Shown: positions 22,606 to 35,400 of the stretch, piece after piece | How positions within the stretch are numbered: the first letter of the stretch is position 1 | Layout of the letters: every line of letters begins with the position of its first letter | Assembly (NCBI GenBank): GCA_904063045.1 | Contig: CAJFCJ010000014.1 | Location: 1,671,643-1,735,642, forward strand | DNA: 64,000 bases | DNA from: Dimorphilus gyrociliatus | Lineage: Eukaryota > Animalia > Annelida | Direction: 5' to 3' | Notes under the pieces: generated by a model | Seen by the model: only the letters and a program-made list of their open reading frames with translations | The model's database searches: none | Told to the model about the DNA's origin: nothing | Made by a program: the position numbers and the translations under genes

Positions 22606-25600
22606 AATTGAATTTTCTCTAATATTGATCTGGCCTTTCGGCTTCTTTCTAATTATCTTCTTCACTAATCGGTTTTGACTAATTTGTCGGCGAGAGGTCT
22701 GGAACTAAAGGCGTCGTTCAGTTAGAAGCGAATACATATTTATTTTATTTAAATCTTCATAAATAAATTCAATCAATATATAGTGCATGAAAAATATATC
22801 ATTATAAATATATATAATGATTGATGATAAATAAGTAATTGTTGATTTGAATATAAGAGTGAAAATATATTAAAAGTAGTATATAAGGATGGAGAGAAGG
22901 AAGACAATTAAGGATGGAGTATAGTTAAAAAGTTTATTTGAGTTTTTTTGATGCGATCTACGTTTATACGGATGAAAGGATATTTATAACATATGAACCA
23001 GTCACCTATGTTTATTAAACTAATAGTCTCCATATTAAATATGAACGTCTGATTTAATTACCGTTCTTAGACTTTATTCACTTAGTTTTAAATCTTAAAT
23101 AGTTGATTAAATAGTCCTTTTAATTCATAGACTTTCGTCCCTAAAGATATAGTAATTAGATTCTCTTTAAAGTGATCAGTCTTAAAAAAAAACACTCCTC
23201 AAAAAAAGAGTATATCTTTAAATCAGCGGTTTTTTTTCTTTACACTATTAACTAGTAAGATATTTATGAACAATACAAAGTTCAATAGAGAAAAGAAGAA
23301 GGGATAAACAATGGAAAAGTAATAAATAAAATATATTAGGGAGTGAAGTGAACAAGTCTGCGCAATTACCTATTGTACTTATTGTAAAGAATATAAGCAA
23401 AGTATATTAGTTTTACAGTGTAATATTGCATTCTGAGTATGGATATCATCTACAGTTTATAAAATAAATCAATAATTCTCCGATTTCATAGTCATCTCTT
23501 TCCTACAATTTGTATTTATTACTAATGGCCGGAATAAATCCAATCTTTATATTATTCTTAATAGGTATCAGTTAGAAGAAAGGGGAACAACCATCACCGA
23601 CGCCCTACCCTCCGTAAATAATTACTATTTTACATCTCTTACTCCTTTTCCCTTTCTTATCTTCTTTTAAGAAATAAAAAAAAGTGGAATATTAGAATAT
23701 AATACAAATTTATTCATTAATTTCTCGGATGTAGACTATCTTTTGAAAAAGATGCAAACAAAGTCCAATGTAAGGCAGAATTGATACTGAAAACCAGTAT
23801 AAGTAAAAGAAAATAACTGCCTGATCAGGGTGACAATTGTTACAAAAGATTAAGGGCTTATTACAGAACTTGTTTTTGCATCTACTTACGTGCACTCGAC
23901 AAACAAAGGAGAGTTCCAATAAAAATCTCGTTCCTACATAATCGAATCAACGCAATTCCCAAGACCAATCAATATTAACTATTCGCTAATCAATCATAAC
24001 TTATTCATGAAATCGCACGCTAGAGTAGTTTAAATAAGGTAACAGTTGAAATAAAAAACCGGAAGAAAGTTTTAAAAACTAAAACGGAAGCTGGTGTGGT
24101 AAAAAATGGAATAATTTTAGAGGAAAAGAAGGAAATGAAACAAAATAAAATAAAAGGTGAAAAAAATACAAATTTTCCACTTTTTTATATAGTTCTTTGT
24201 TTTGAAAAATGCTCGTTTTTTTTAGAATAAATTGCATCAAAAAGATGAAAAGAGAGAGAGAGAGAGAGAGAAAAAGAGTGTGAGAGAACAACATCGTTAA
24301 CTTTCGAATATAACATCCTTGCCAAACCGTTCTAGAGCTTCGGTAATTCGATTTACGCTTATGTTAGACTAATAAATGAATGAGCGGAATAATTAATGAA
24401 CGTATACTTGTGTTAGGCCTAGCATTAATGGGCTAGATTGTTTACGGTTATGGTCAATAAAATAAATTTCTTAAATGACAACCATTCATTTAAGTTTAAT
24501 ATACTTGTATATATCTATACTTATGTAGAGTATTTTCTTAAAATTGTTAACCTTAACAATCGAACAAAAATAAAAGAACGTTTGATTCTCTTTGCAAACT
24601 TCAAAAACTTTTCTCTTTAATTTTAATAGAGTAAATAAATCCCTCACTTGTATGATTTCTTTAATGTGTATCTATATTTATATATAAGTTTAGATTTGTA
24701 CTATTAATACAGGAAAAAACGTTTCATTCGCTAAAGAAACACAACAAACAATTCTCTTTTTAAGGCAAAAACATTGAATTAACTAGTTTTCTTTTACAAT
24801 TATTAATTTATTTCAACTTGAAGAAACCGTTGAAATAAACTTTATATTGAAATATATTTAATGCCTCTATTTATATATAGATTTAAAAATAAAATAGAGT
24901 CATGTATTATCGCTCATATAATCAAGCTAATCAAGCTTGAAAGGTGTTAGTCAAAGGCGTAATGAAGGCTTTTACCTGTTGGCTCGTCTACTTTTCTCAT
25001 CATTCCTAAGTTTAATTTTTAAGAAATTTTTTAAATTTTTTCACCCATGCAAAAGAAAAAATAAAATTAAGAATTAAAATAGTAAAGTATATTATATACA
25101 CTAATAATACTACTAATATAATGGAACGAAGTCATGCGCAAGTAGCCAAAGGACTGAAAATTATGAATAATTTATTAAAAAAGTATATTATTTTGTAATG
25201 GTTGACAAATTTTTATATTCTCTTTAATTGGTTGAGAAGTTGACTTGTTTTTAGAATATACTGGTTTGTATAAACATTCGTCGAAAAGGGTTTGCAAATA
25301 TCCATAAATAATTAATATTATAGACAATTATAGACAGTTGATAAACACACATATACTTTTGTTGGATTATCATTTATCAGGTATTCATTCTTAAGAGAAA
25401 ATATAATAGTGACTCATTATTTACATTTTCATTTGTATTAATATTAATTAATCGCCATTTTTTATTATATAATATTTGGAAAATTACATAATTAATATAT
25501 TAATATTCATAAATATACAAATAAAGTATATATTGGCATTGAAATTTAGTAGAAAATGTATATAACCAATTGTCCCTGTCTACCTATTTTTTTGTAAACA

Positions 25601-28600
25601 TGTCATACAAATAATATTAGTAATTGCAATATAATAGTTCACTTGGGAATAGACGATGTTCAATAATTTTAAAATTTTATGCTTATAATAGAAGTATGCA
25701 CTACTTGCAACGTAACTAGATTAATGTTAAAAATTAGAGTAAATCCTAAATAGTTAAGAAGACATTCGTAAATATTAAATATATATTACATGATATTACA
25801 TCCCTTTATTTCCTCGAATGTAGATCTACTGTATATATCATTTTTATATTAAAGTTCGTATATAAAATATATATATATATGTATACTGTATTTCTACAAT
25901 TTCCAACCTTTATAAACTAATCAACAAATATAAAGTCGACCTATTTATATTTATGCTGTCTATCTCAAATTTTATATACACTTTTTTTCGTTTATTTCAA
26001 CATATAGCCTCGTAAAAGATGGGCTAGAAAGAGCTAAAGAGTGAAGGAGAAAGAGAAATAAAAAGATAGAGAAATGGAGATACGGGAAAAGAAAAGCAGC
26101 TGTAACATGCTCAGATGATAAACATTACTTCATACTTTTTATGCCTTGCAGGTGGTGGAAATTTGCTGTATTTATAAACAATACTTTATATACGTGAACC
26201 TAATTCGCATTAAGCGATTGCGAAAGTCATTTTTATATTTAATCCTGTAAAATATATAGCGAAAGATGATAATAAAGAATAAATAAACAGAGGGAAATAT
26301 TTTGAAGCTATATTTCTAAAGGATTTATCAGTTATCGGGATAATAGTAGAAAAAAAGAGAAAAAGATCTAAAAAATTTGCCAGCCACATGAAAAAGAGAG
26401 ACATGGAAGAAAAAAGTGACGATTCTCTTTTACTCTAAAGTCTACTAACAAAATACGACTAAACAAGCACGATCTTTTGTACTATTAGTCTAGTTTTAAA
26501 GCGTATGTATTACGCAAATATAGCACCTTTGCGACTAATTCGTTACCTATATGTATAAGTCATACAGAGAAAACCTGGTAAAATACGAAAGATAATGAGG
26601 AAGGAAGACTAAGAAAGAGCGTATTCAAATGGCGAAAGACCGTGAAAGATAAATAATTATGTGACAAAAAATTTTTAAGCAACTTACTTTTGTCTGCCTT
26701 TTTCCCCTTCTATTTTCTGACCAGGTATACGTATGTATCTTGTCTCTACTGATAAAATTGTTTAAAAAGTGGAAAAAAATTCGAGTAACGCCGGCGACGC
26801 CTTCGCGACGCCGAATGGCTAAGGCAGATGCTCGTGGCGCTACTTTCGCGCCTCTTCTCTCCTCGTTTCCTTACTGTAGCAGCTTTTGTTAAAGATTATC
26901 AGGGAATAAATAAGAGATATCTGTAGATAAATAAATGAAAATGATGCTAGTAGAATGAAAGATTCTTTCCCCATTATAAAAGAATTCAAATATAACATTA
27001 TAGATATCGTTGTTTAATTAACAACTTACAGAAGTCTCATTTATCAAATAGAAAAAGTAATATATCTCTGCTACCTGATACAGTTATACGTTCAAACTTA
27101 TTACATTACTGATTTATACATATGAACGTGTAGAGTATTATAGACTTCATGACAAAATATGTATATTATATTAATTCATAATTCCAACTTCCGGGGTAAG
27201 AGAATACTGTTTATCTATTTATGAAACTAAAAATCCTTTAAAGCAATTTATATAAAACTACTGTATATACCTTTACCCACATGTATTCTAAGAATACACA
27301 GTTCTCTGTACCCTTAATATAAATATATAAGGTATATAGAATATCTTTTACTCATTTACATATATTGTACTATCTATAATTGTCTTTTTTGCGTACAGAA
27401 CTATAAGGATTAATAATGATGCTAATTGGATATAAAACACCAGCAGTATAATTAATATATAAATGAATTTATCTTTCAGAGATTATTTAAAAATATGTCT
27501 ACATGTTTTTCGATATTCTTCATATTCCCTCCAAGCAGCAAGACTTAAGAACCTATATTAAAGCAGGTAGAGTATTCAGATCCGTTTTTTTTTCTCTCTG
27601 AACAAACAGACATTATATGTCTAATAGTAACAAATTAATAATTACCTTGACTTTATTAAACGTGTCCTATGTCAAACTTTGTAAACAAAGGGATCTTAGC
27701 GCTAATGAGTATATAATAATTCCTTTCGCAATTGCGTGGGGATTTTCCGACAATCGATAGAAATTTTTGATCTTTTAATGCTTTTTGTGTCCATTTTCCT
27801 ATTTCAGTCCATTATGAAAACATATTTTGTCCAAACTAATGTCCGACAGACGAGATTATTGTATTAGACTATATAAACATTAAGAAATAAGTTTGTATAA
27901 TTGACAGATTTTTTGCTACTCTTTCCTACTCTGCAAATACGATGTTATCAGCTTTAAAGAGCTTATTATATAATTAAGAGATCAATAAAATGTAAAATCA
28001 AACTCTTCATTTGTATTTCATTTGCTTTTATTTCTGGTATTCTACCGAGCAATTACATCTTCATTAAAAACCTATTGACTGTGACGTAATGTTTTCCAGG
28101 GGAAATATCCCACTTCAATTACGCCATCTAATGGCGGGATGCCGCTACAACTAATTAACAGTACCCAATTTGATTAATATATAGTTGAAAGGCTTTATTC
28201 TCAAGTGACTTACGTTGTGTTGAGCATATGCAAAACTCGCCAGCCTATACAGTACATTAAATAATTATGAAAAGATTTGCTAATTTTTGTCCCACAATAG
28301 TTATAGATTTAAACTTATTATTGTTATTATTCTATGAGCTTTCTCTCTATATCTTGTTCCCTGTCTTTGTCTCTCTTTTGTATACATACATTTATATTTA
28401 TATATATATACTGCATATAGAAACAATTCTTCCGGGCAATTCGTAAACTCTGCATTAGCATGTGAATAAAATGCTATAAAATGAAAAAGTTTGCAAAGTA
28501 ATGTAACGTCAATGGAAAATTGCGATGATTTTCCTATTCTCAATCTTCAATTGATTTTGTCATATTATATATTTATATTTTGCCGCTATTCATGGATATC

Positions 28601-29932
28601 TCACTCTTATGTTTCTCTTATTTTTCAAGAATCGTTTACACTGGATATACACAGTTTATGGCAGATATATCAAATACATTATTATGCAGTGTATATGGTC
28701 TGTCAACTATATACATATTTATATTTAGGTGTGACTATTTCGCCTATAAAATCTAATTAATGAAACAATAGTATGTGGCTTTGGTTTTAAATCTCTGTAG
28801 TTTGATTAATATTTGAACATACCTCACACTAAATATGAACATGTTCTTATATGTCTATTTATGGTTTATGGAAAAAGGAAGAGACGACTTAAGTTTTACG
28901 CAATAGTTGCGCTAATACTATCTTTCCAATAGTGAATTGGATTGAAGTTGTTCCGAATTCTTAAATCTACCAGCCGAATATAAACATTGAGTTAAGACGG
29001 TTCTAAATCGGCCTTAGACGGTCGACTTGCAACGATGGAAGGAAGTAACGGACAAATTTATAGGCTTTTGATCTAATCCGGCTCGCGACGTTACTCGCGC
29101 GATTTCTTCTGTTATTACGGCTCGTGATTAGGACGGAATGAAAGGTTTCACCCTCACTCTTTCATCAACAAAACACCGACTTTTTTCGACGAATTGTTAT
29201 GCATCCTCAGGCGTGATCCTTTCTCTCTAACATTTAACTGATTCCCTATTCCTTCTTCCTTGTGAGACATAAACCGCTTTGTTTAGCCAAAGGGATTATA
29301 TTTGCTAGATACTCGGAAGCGTTCGCCTCTTTGCGCTCCAAGATTTATTAAATAAGTAGATAAAGTTACAGAAGAAAGGAAAGAATTTCCTGACATATAA
29401 TTCTCACTTGCCTCTCCACCAGTATCTACTGATAACACATTTATTTATATTCCTGGTAGCTGACTATAACGAAGCAATTTAAACACTTCCCTGTTGATAA
29501 TTATCATGATGAAACGCACGTCTTTCTTAAAAACATTCATATAATAATGTAGGTCTTTATTATTTTTCTTCATATGAAAGCAGCATGATATTTGTGTTTT
29601 TATAAACATTTGAAATAGTAAAATTGTTTGCCAAATAATATACTCTTTCATCTAATTAATGTGCTTGTTTACTGCAAAGCCTTATATCTTTCCGTATTGT
29701 TTGGCTATTTTCCATTTTTTTGACGAGAGAAAAGCAGAAAGCATTTACGATTTAAAAAAATATATATTTATTTTTTTTTTAAATATAAAAAGGCCTAATC
29801 CCGAAAATGAGTAGATAAATAAGACAGTAAAAAGTTCCTGGAGGCTCATAAATCAACAGTTTTATTGTTAAACGTATCGTAAGGTGACCGGAAGGGGATA
29901 GAGAATAAAAAGTAATACTACGTTTCCCCCAG

Positions 29933-30138
29933 GCCGCTTAACTCATACAGACAGGAATGTGATAATTATTCGTCATAAGAATGGAATAGATTCGTACAAG
30001 GAAGACGATGAACGCGTCCAAATTGGCTGTCTTCGTCTCATGGGAAACGATTTTCGGTCTTTTGACGAGTTTTCCTTCAACAATTCTTTAGTCCCTCTAA
30101 GGATACTTCGCTTTAAAAAAGAATTTTCCTTCTCCTAA
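29933..30138 (+). CDS. Possible unannotated terminal exon (67 open codons)
   Basis: Acceptor tacgtttcccccag|29933, then RLTHTDRNVIIIRHKNGIDSYKEDDERVQIGCLRLMGNDFRSFDEFSFNNSLVPLRILRFKKEFSFS*. No homology recognised. Confidence 0.22.
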
Positions 30139-30878
30139 ATATCTTTTCAATATTTTCACTAGTTAAGAGTTTTTAATAGTGAGCATTACATTATTCGCAG
30201 TCAACAGATTTCACCATCCTACAGGAAATCATATGAATTAAGAATATCTTGTCTATTCATGGTTCTATTTAGAGTTAACACTCTGAAAAATATCAGATAT
30301 TTTTCAAATGTGAGACGCTTCTAATGCCGTTGCACCACAGATGGCGTAACCTTCCACAAAACACTGATTACTCACATAAAGATGAGATGGCTGTGAGACA
30401 CGATTAATTTTTCTACATGACTTAAGTTGTTTTATCTGAAATTATTGGCATTCAGCAACTATAAATAATAGGCTTTGTTCATCTTATACTTTATTATATA
30501 ATTTATTTTTTCTTCTGCAAGAATAATCCTTTGTAAGACTCCTTACATTAATTCTTATCTTTGTGATTGAAGAATAAGCATAAGAAAGATTTTTCTATTA
30601 TGGGTAATTAAATCTTGTAAGCAATTCTCTTTAATAATAATTTATACTCTCAGTAAATTCGCCATCTACTATGTCGGTGATATTTAGATACTTTTAAGAA
30701 TAACTTGTCCGCTTGATGTCAGCAAGCTAAAATGATATGATAAATTTCAATGATGGGTATCTATGGTGAATCAACTACAGTAATTTTGAACAACTCGACA
30801 TATTCGATAGTATTAAAGTTATTATATTTAATAAGGGCAAAAAGTAGTGTTTCCACGAAGAAATCGTTTATAAAATGT

Positions 30879-32037
30879 TTAGTCCATTCTGGCTTTAAGA
30901 TGTCTTGTAGTAACTTTATCTTTTTCACTGAAATATATCAATATTAATGAGATATTTGAAGAGGTGACTGCCAATAGACTTACATTACGTGGACAACACC
31001 ACCCCAACCAGAAACACAATCTCTATCTACCGCATTCATCAAGGCTTGTGAAATACATTCGAAAAGGGCGTCTGGAGACTATTTAAACAAAATTTTAAGG
31101 TCATGAAAATTCTAGGTACAAATATTCAAAACTTTTTTACCATATCTGGGACCCACAATGATTCACACATGCCGTACATTTGTTCGGTACAGGTTCCCGC
31201 TACAGCAAAATCTTCAAGAATCACAGAACATCCTATCAGATCTGCTGATGCAATGAAAGGTTTACCAGTTTTTTCATTTAAACCAGCAATTACAGGTTCA
31301 ACAAAATATGGTCCAAATCTGTTGTCATAATATGAATAAAAGTTATTTGAGCGAAATATGTTTTTGGTATTTAAATATTACCGTCTTTCATAAAGTAGGT
31401 TGGAAACCATACTCATTAGGGTATCTGGTTTAACTTTTCTATTTTCTCTAAGTTCATACAAGTTCTTTCGGAATTGGATGCGCTGAGCTCTAAAATGATT
31501 TGAAAGATTATGAGAATTTTCTTGAAAGTTGTTAAACTCTTTTTTAAAAGATTGCTATGTGACGGTGAACTTATTAAGCAATCTTTTAAATCTTGCAATA
31601 TTTGACATCACTACAACAGATGAATAGATTCCAGGTTATATAGAAATAAAAATGATTGCAATCGCCATGACGCAGCATATAAAAATAAAACAGTTTTAAC
31701 CGTTTTTTTTCTTAATGATGCTATCTATAGGCTCATATTTAACAAATATGTTCTTGGATTTTTGAAAATAGCTTAGATTCAAAATGCTTACACTGTCTGA
31801 ACATCAGTTGCCAAACCCGATAAGCCGATAAATAAATGTGGCCCTATTTCAAAAATCTTTTGGAAATCCATTGCGACAGTTTGTAACTGTATTCCAAAAC
31901 GCTTATCGGAGGCGATTGCTACACAGTCTTTTCCAGTCATGGCTATAATAGCCGATCCATTGTACTGCATTATACTCTGAAAATGTTATAATATCGCTCA
32001 GTTATACAAAAACATTAAAAAATTATGTACAAACCAT
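30879..32037 (-). CDS. PSMB3: Proteasome subunit beta type-3, 6 exons, 205 aa
   Basis: Exons 32037-32035, 31976-31792, 31489-31382, 31318-31141, 31078-30984, 30927-30879 (3+185+108+178+95+49 = 618 nt). Translation [29 protein letters not shown]...[13 protein letters not shown]...[14 protein letters not shown]. Confidence 0.98.
31667..31677 (+). promoter_or_regulatory. ARE (CNC/Nrf1-type) in PSMB3 intron 2
   Basis: ATGACGCAGCA matches RTGACnnnGCA. Confidence 0.5.
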
Positions 32038-32423
32038 GACGAATTAGATTTCTATTACTTTCCAAATAAATCCTCTAAATATGTAAATGATATCTTTGAA
32101 TAGTTACTATGACAAGGGAAACGGTAGGCAAAGTAATTTGTAGAAAGGTAAATTTTAAATACTCATGATAGAAATCTTAAGGAGTACGGAACCGGAAATT
32201 CAGCTTGCTTATTATTTTAGTAATTTTTTTCTGCAATATATTTATTATAGATAAAATTTTGGGAAGAAATTCTAAATGTATTGATATGAGAAACAGTTAT
32301 AGATGCAATTGTTATTCGCTGTTTAAGCTTTATTGCAAAGTCACAGCGAAAGTAGGGTTGTGTAATTGAGCTGGAAAGCTGATCATGTTCTAACCAACGC
32401 TGTGTGACAATATAGCATACAAA
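32038..32423. promoter_or_regulatory. Bidirectional promoter between PSMB3 and BIRC6
   Basis: Start codons are head-to-head and 386 bp apart. Contains an ARE (GTGACTTTGCA, minus strand, 32334-32344) and an ETS-like ACCGGAAAT near 32191. Confidence 0.7.
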
Positions 32424-35400
32424 ATGGCTTCGCACGACACAGAATGGTTGTCTGTCGAACTAGGAAATTATTATGATATAGGCAAGGATATACAAGATAT
32501 AGTGTTTCATCCAACTCTAAATACAATCTTAGTCATAAATTCTGATTCCACTGTTCAAGTTTTGGACGCGGGTTCTGGCTTAAAATTAGCAGAATCAGAT
32601 TTGAATGGTAAGTTGTGCAATATCAAGAAAGAATCCATAATTAAAGATTCTTTATGAACCTAATACAATAAATTTGAACAGCAAACACCGAGAATGCTCT
32701 TAGATGCGCCTATTTACCAAAATCTGACCGGCTGGTCTTTACGAATGGAAATAAATTGTCTTGTCGATCTGATTTCAACGGAATCATCCTTCTACCGTCC
32801 TCTTTGCAGTCAGGAGTTTGTAGTCTAGATGAGACGATAAAACTAGAATTGCCACTTCCAGAGGTAAGAAAGCATATTTTTGATTAAAGAAGTTAGTAAA
32901 TAAACTAACTTTCTACCTCCAAATAGGCGTACCATCTATATAAAGCATTATGTGTTGGGGACCTGGAGAATGTAGAACACTGTAAAGAAATAACGAATTG
33001 TTTACAAGAAGCAGTAGTTAAAGCACGAACAGAGAGTTCCAACAAAAACCATAAAATAGCAAAGGTTTGACGCGAATATTTCTTTAATTATAGTTGCTAA
33101 AGTTTAAATGTTTTTATTCTGACTTAGTGGGCGGTCGTGTGCATGGAAGCACCTATAGGAAAATTAAAAACAGTTTGCTCTCAACTTGTAGAAGAGTTAA
33201 AAAGAGATCGTAGCAAACATAATTTACCTGGTCTACCTGTAGCATCTTCAGTTGTTTATAGACTGCAAAATCTTTTTGAAAATTCAACGACAGCAGATAC
33301 TCGTTCACTAATGTGCAGTGAAGAAGCCCGTAGAAATACCTTTACTTCTTGGCCGCATATGACATATAAATGGGCTCTTCCCGAAGCTATGGCAGAAGCC
33401 GGATTTTATCATCAACCTAACTCCACCGGTGAAGATAGAGCCCTATGTTTTACGTGTAACGTTTGTTTAGTGTATTGGGAGCCATGCGACGAACCATGGT
33501 CAGAACATGAAAGGCATTCTCCAAACTGCCCTTTCGTCAAGGGTGAATATACGAACAATGTCCCACTATCTGTTTCGAATGCAACAGAACGAGCAATGTC
33601 TAGCGGGGAAGAAGAGGTATTTAATTACACCATATTTAAACCTTAAATCATATGACACCACAATCATAATATTTTTTTTAGATCACTGTAATTGGTTGCT
33701 CCTTAGGAACTGATTGTTTTGCAACTGGAACAAGCAAGGGAAATATAACTCTGTGGGATAATTCAATTAATTTAAAGGTTGGTAATTTATCCGATAGCAT
33801 CTATATTATTTATTTTATTCAATTATTTGCAGAAATATCTAGAATTTGCTGTTAATCCTTGTGATCCCTTAATATTATTTGAATTAGAAGAGCTATCTTC
33901 CAGGAAACAATCTGATTACAGCCGTCCATTAACTGACATCAATTTAACAGCATTATGCGTTCTAAGGTCTAAACATAATCCTCAAGAAAGTTGCAGCGTA
34001 ATAGGTGGAGTTACGGTCAATTTAAACAAATTACCAACAAACGAAGTCGAAGATTTAAATTCCGTCAATAAAGCCATTACGGCAGAAAATATCATAAATG
34101 ATGAACCTAGTGTTCAAAAAGAGTCCTTGAGCTTACTCTTGGTTTGGAGTGTCACAGACAGTACTAGTCTTGCCCTGCATAAGAAAAATGGAAAAACAAT
34201 GAAAAATTCAGAATCAGTAAAACCCCCACTACCACCTGCACCTGAAGGAGGTTGGGAAGACGATAACTACTTTGAGCATGTGCCTGATAGTCCAATGAAA
34301 TTGATGCAAGACGTCTTTCTCACCGGACCATCGTTGACTGACAGCGAAAATCTGCCTTTCTTACCGCAAAATCCTCTTCACATGGAAGAACCTAATGATA
34401 CCTATGTTAATTCTGAAAAGGGCAATCCCTCAGCTGAGTTAATTCAATGTGTAAGAGTTAATGGGGAAATGACAAATGTGCTATCAACTATTGATGGAAA
34501 TTTTATCATAGTAGCTGTCAAGGGGGAACAAACTTCGAAAGTATTTGTTTATAGTATTCTTCAAATGGGAATTAACTCAAAAGCTTGTTGTGAAAGAGAC
34601 ATTGATGGAATTATCAAAAATTTGTGCTTATTACGACAACAGGCTATTTTCAGCCAAGATACTGATTCCGTAGATGAGGAAACAGAGAGTGACCCACAGG
34701 AAGATGAAAATCCTCCGGAGCGAAAAACTGCCTGTGGAATGATGGCTGTCACTTTAGTTTGCGGTGACTTATTAATTCTAGACCTGTCAAACCTAAATAC
34801 TCTTGCAAGAATTCGAGACGCTAAATTTGTATCGACAACATATTGTTCGTCCTTAGATAAACTATGCGCTACCACAACTGACGGTAAATTAAATATGTAT
34901 TCACTCGTAATGAAAAAAGCTCGCAGATCAGCGAAACATTCATCGTCAGAATTAGAGAATGGTGATTTACGATTAGAAGATGATGAGAGAACTACCACTA
35001 CAATTGATATCAATCCCACTACTCTGAAGAGTTTACATAGTCTTCTTCAAATGCAAACTTTAAAATGTCATATAACTGCTCCCCAATGTTGGACAGAGAT
35101 ACAAAACGAATCCAGAAGAAATATGATTCAACAACAAACTCACACATTTTCTAGAACTTGGCGCTTAGAACAAGATTCGTATAGTTGGGATGAACATTTG
35201 TTTGATATATCTTTGCATAAGCCGAGCTCTGTTGCTCATGTTGATTTAACTTTGAAACTTCGAAATTCTTCGAATCATCATTCAACAGTTCAAGTTACTC
35301 TTCTTAAGCAATTTTCCGTCTCTTCCACTTTACAACGAAAAAGCAATCACAAAGCTCCAGTTGCTGGTCGTTCCATTGCCAACCCTGTAAAAGATAATGA

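Noticed and set aside
22606-22665. N-terminal extension MKKIIRKK... of the LRR gene in the ORF track
   Set aside because: It starts at a non-ATG codon; the first ATG (22605) directly precedes a typical signal peptide.
10717-22983. ATATCCTTT U12-type AT-AC donor matches at 10725-10717 and 22983-22975 (minus strand)
   Set aside because: No upstream exon or matching branch site/AC acceptor; such 9-mers are expected by chance in AT/CT-rich DNA.
5300-24620. Low-complexity ORFs (5300, 5334, 8309, 14111, 16108, 16193, 20106, 20360, 24079 and similar)
   Set aside because: Translations of CT/GA/TA microsatellites and AT-rich DNA (SL-, YI- or ER-rich strings).
32103-32116. X-box-like GTTACTATGACAAG near PSMB3
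   Set aside because: The terminal base mismatches the RFX consensus and neither flanking gene is ciliary.
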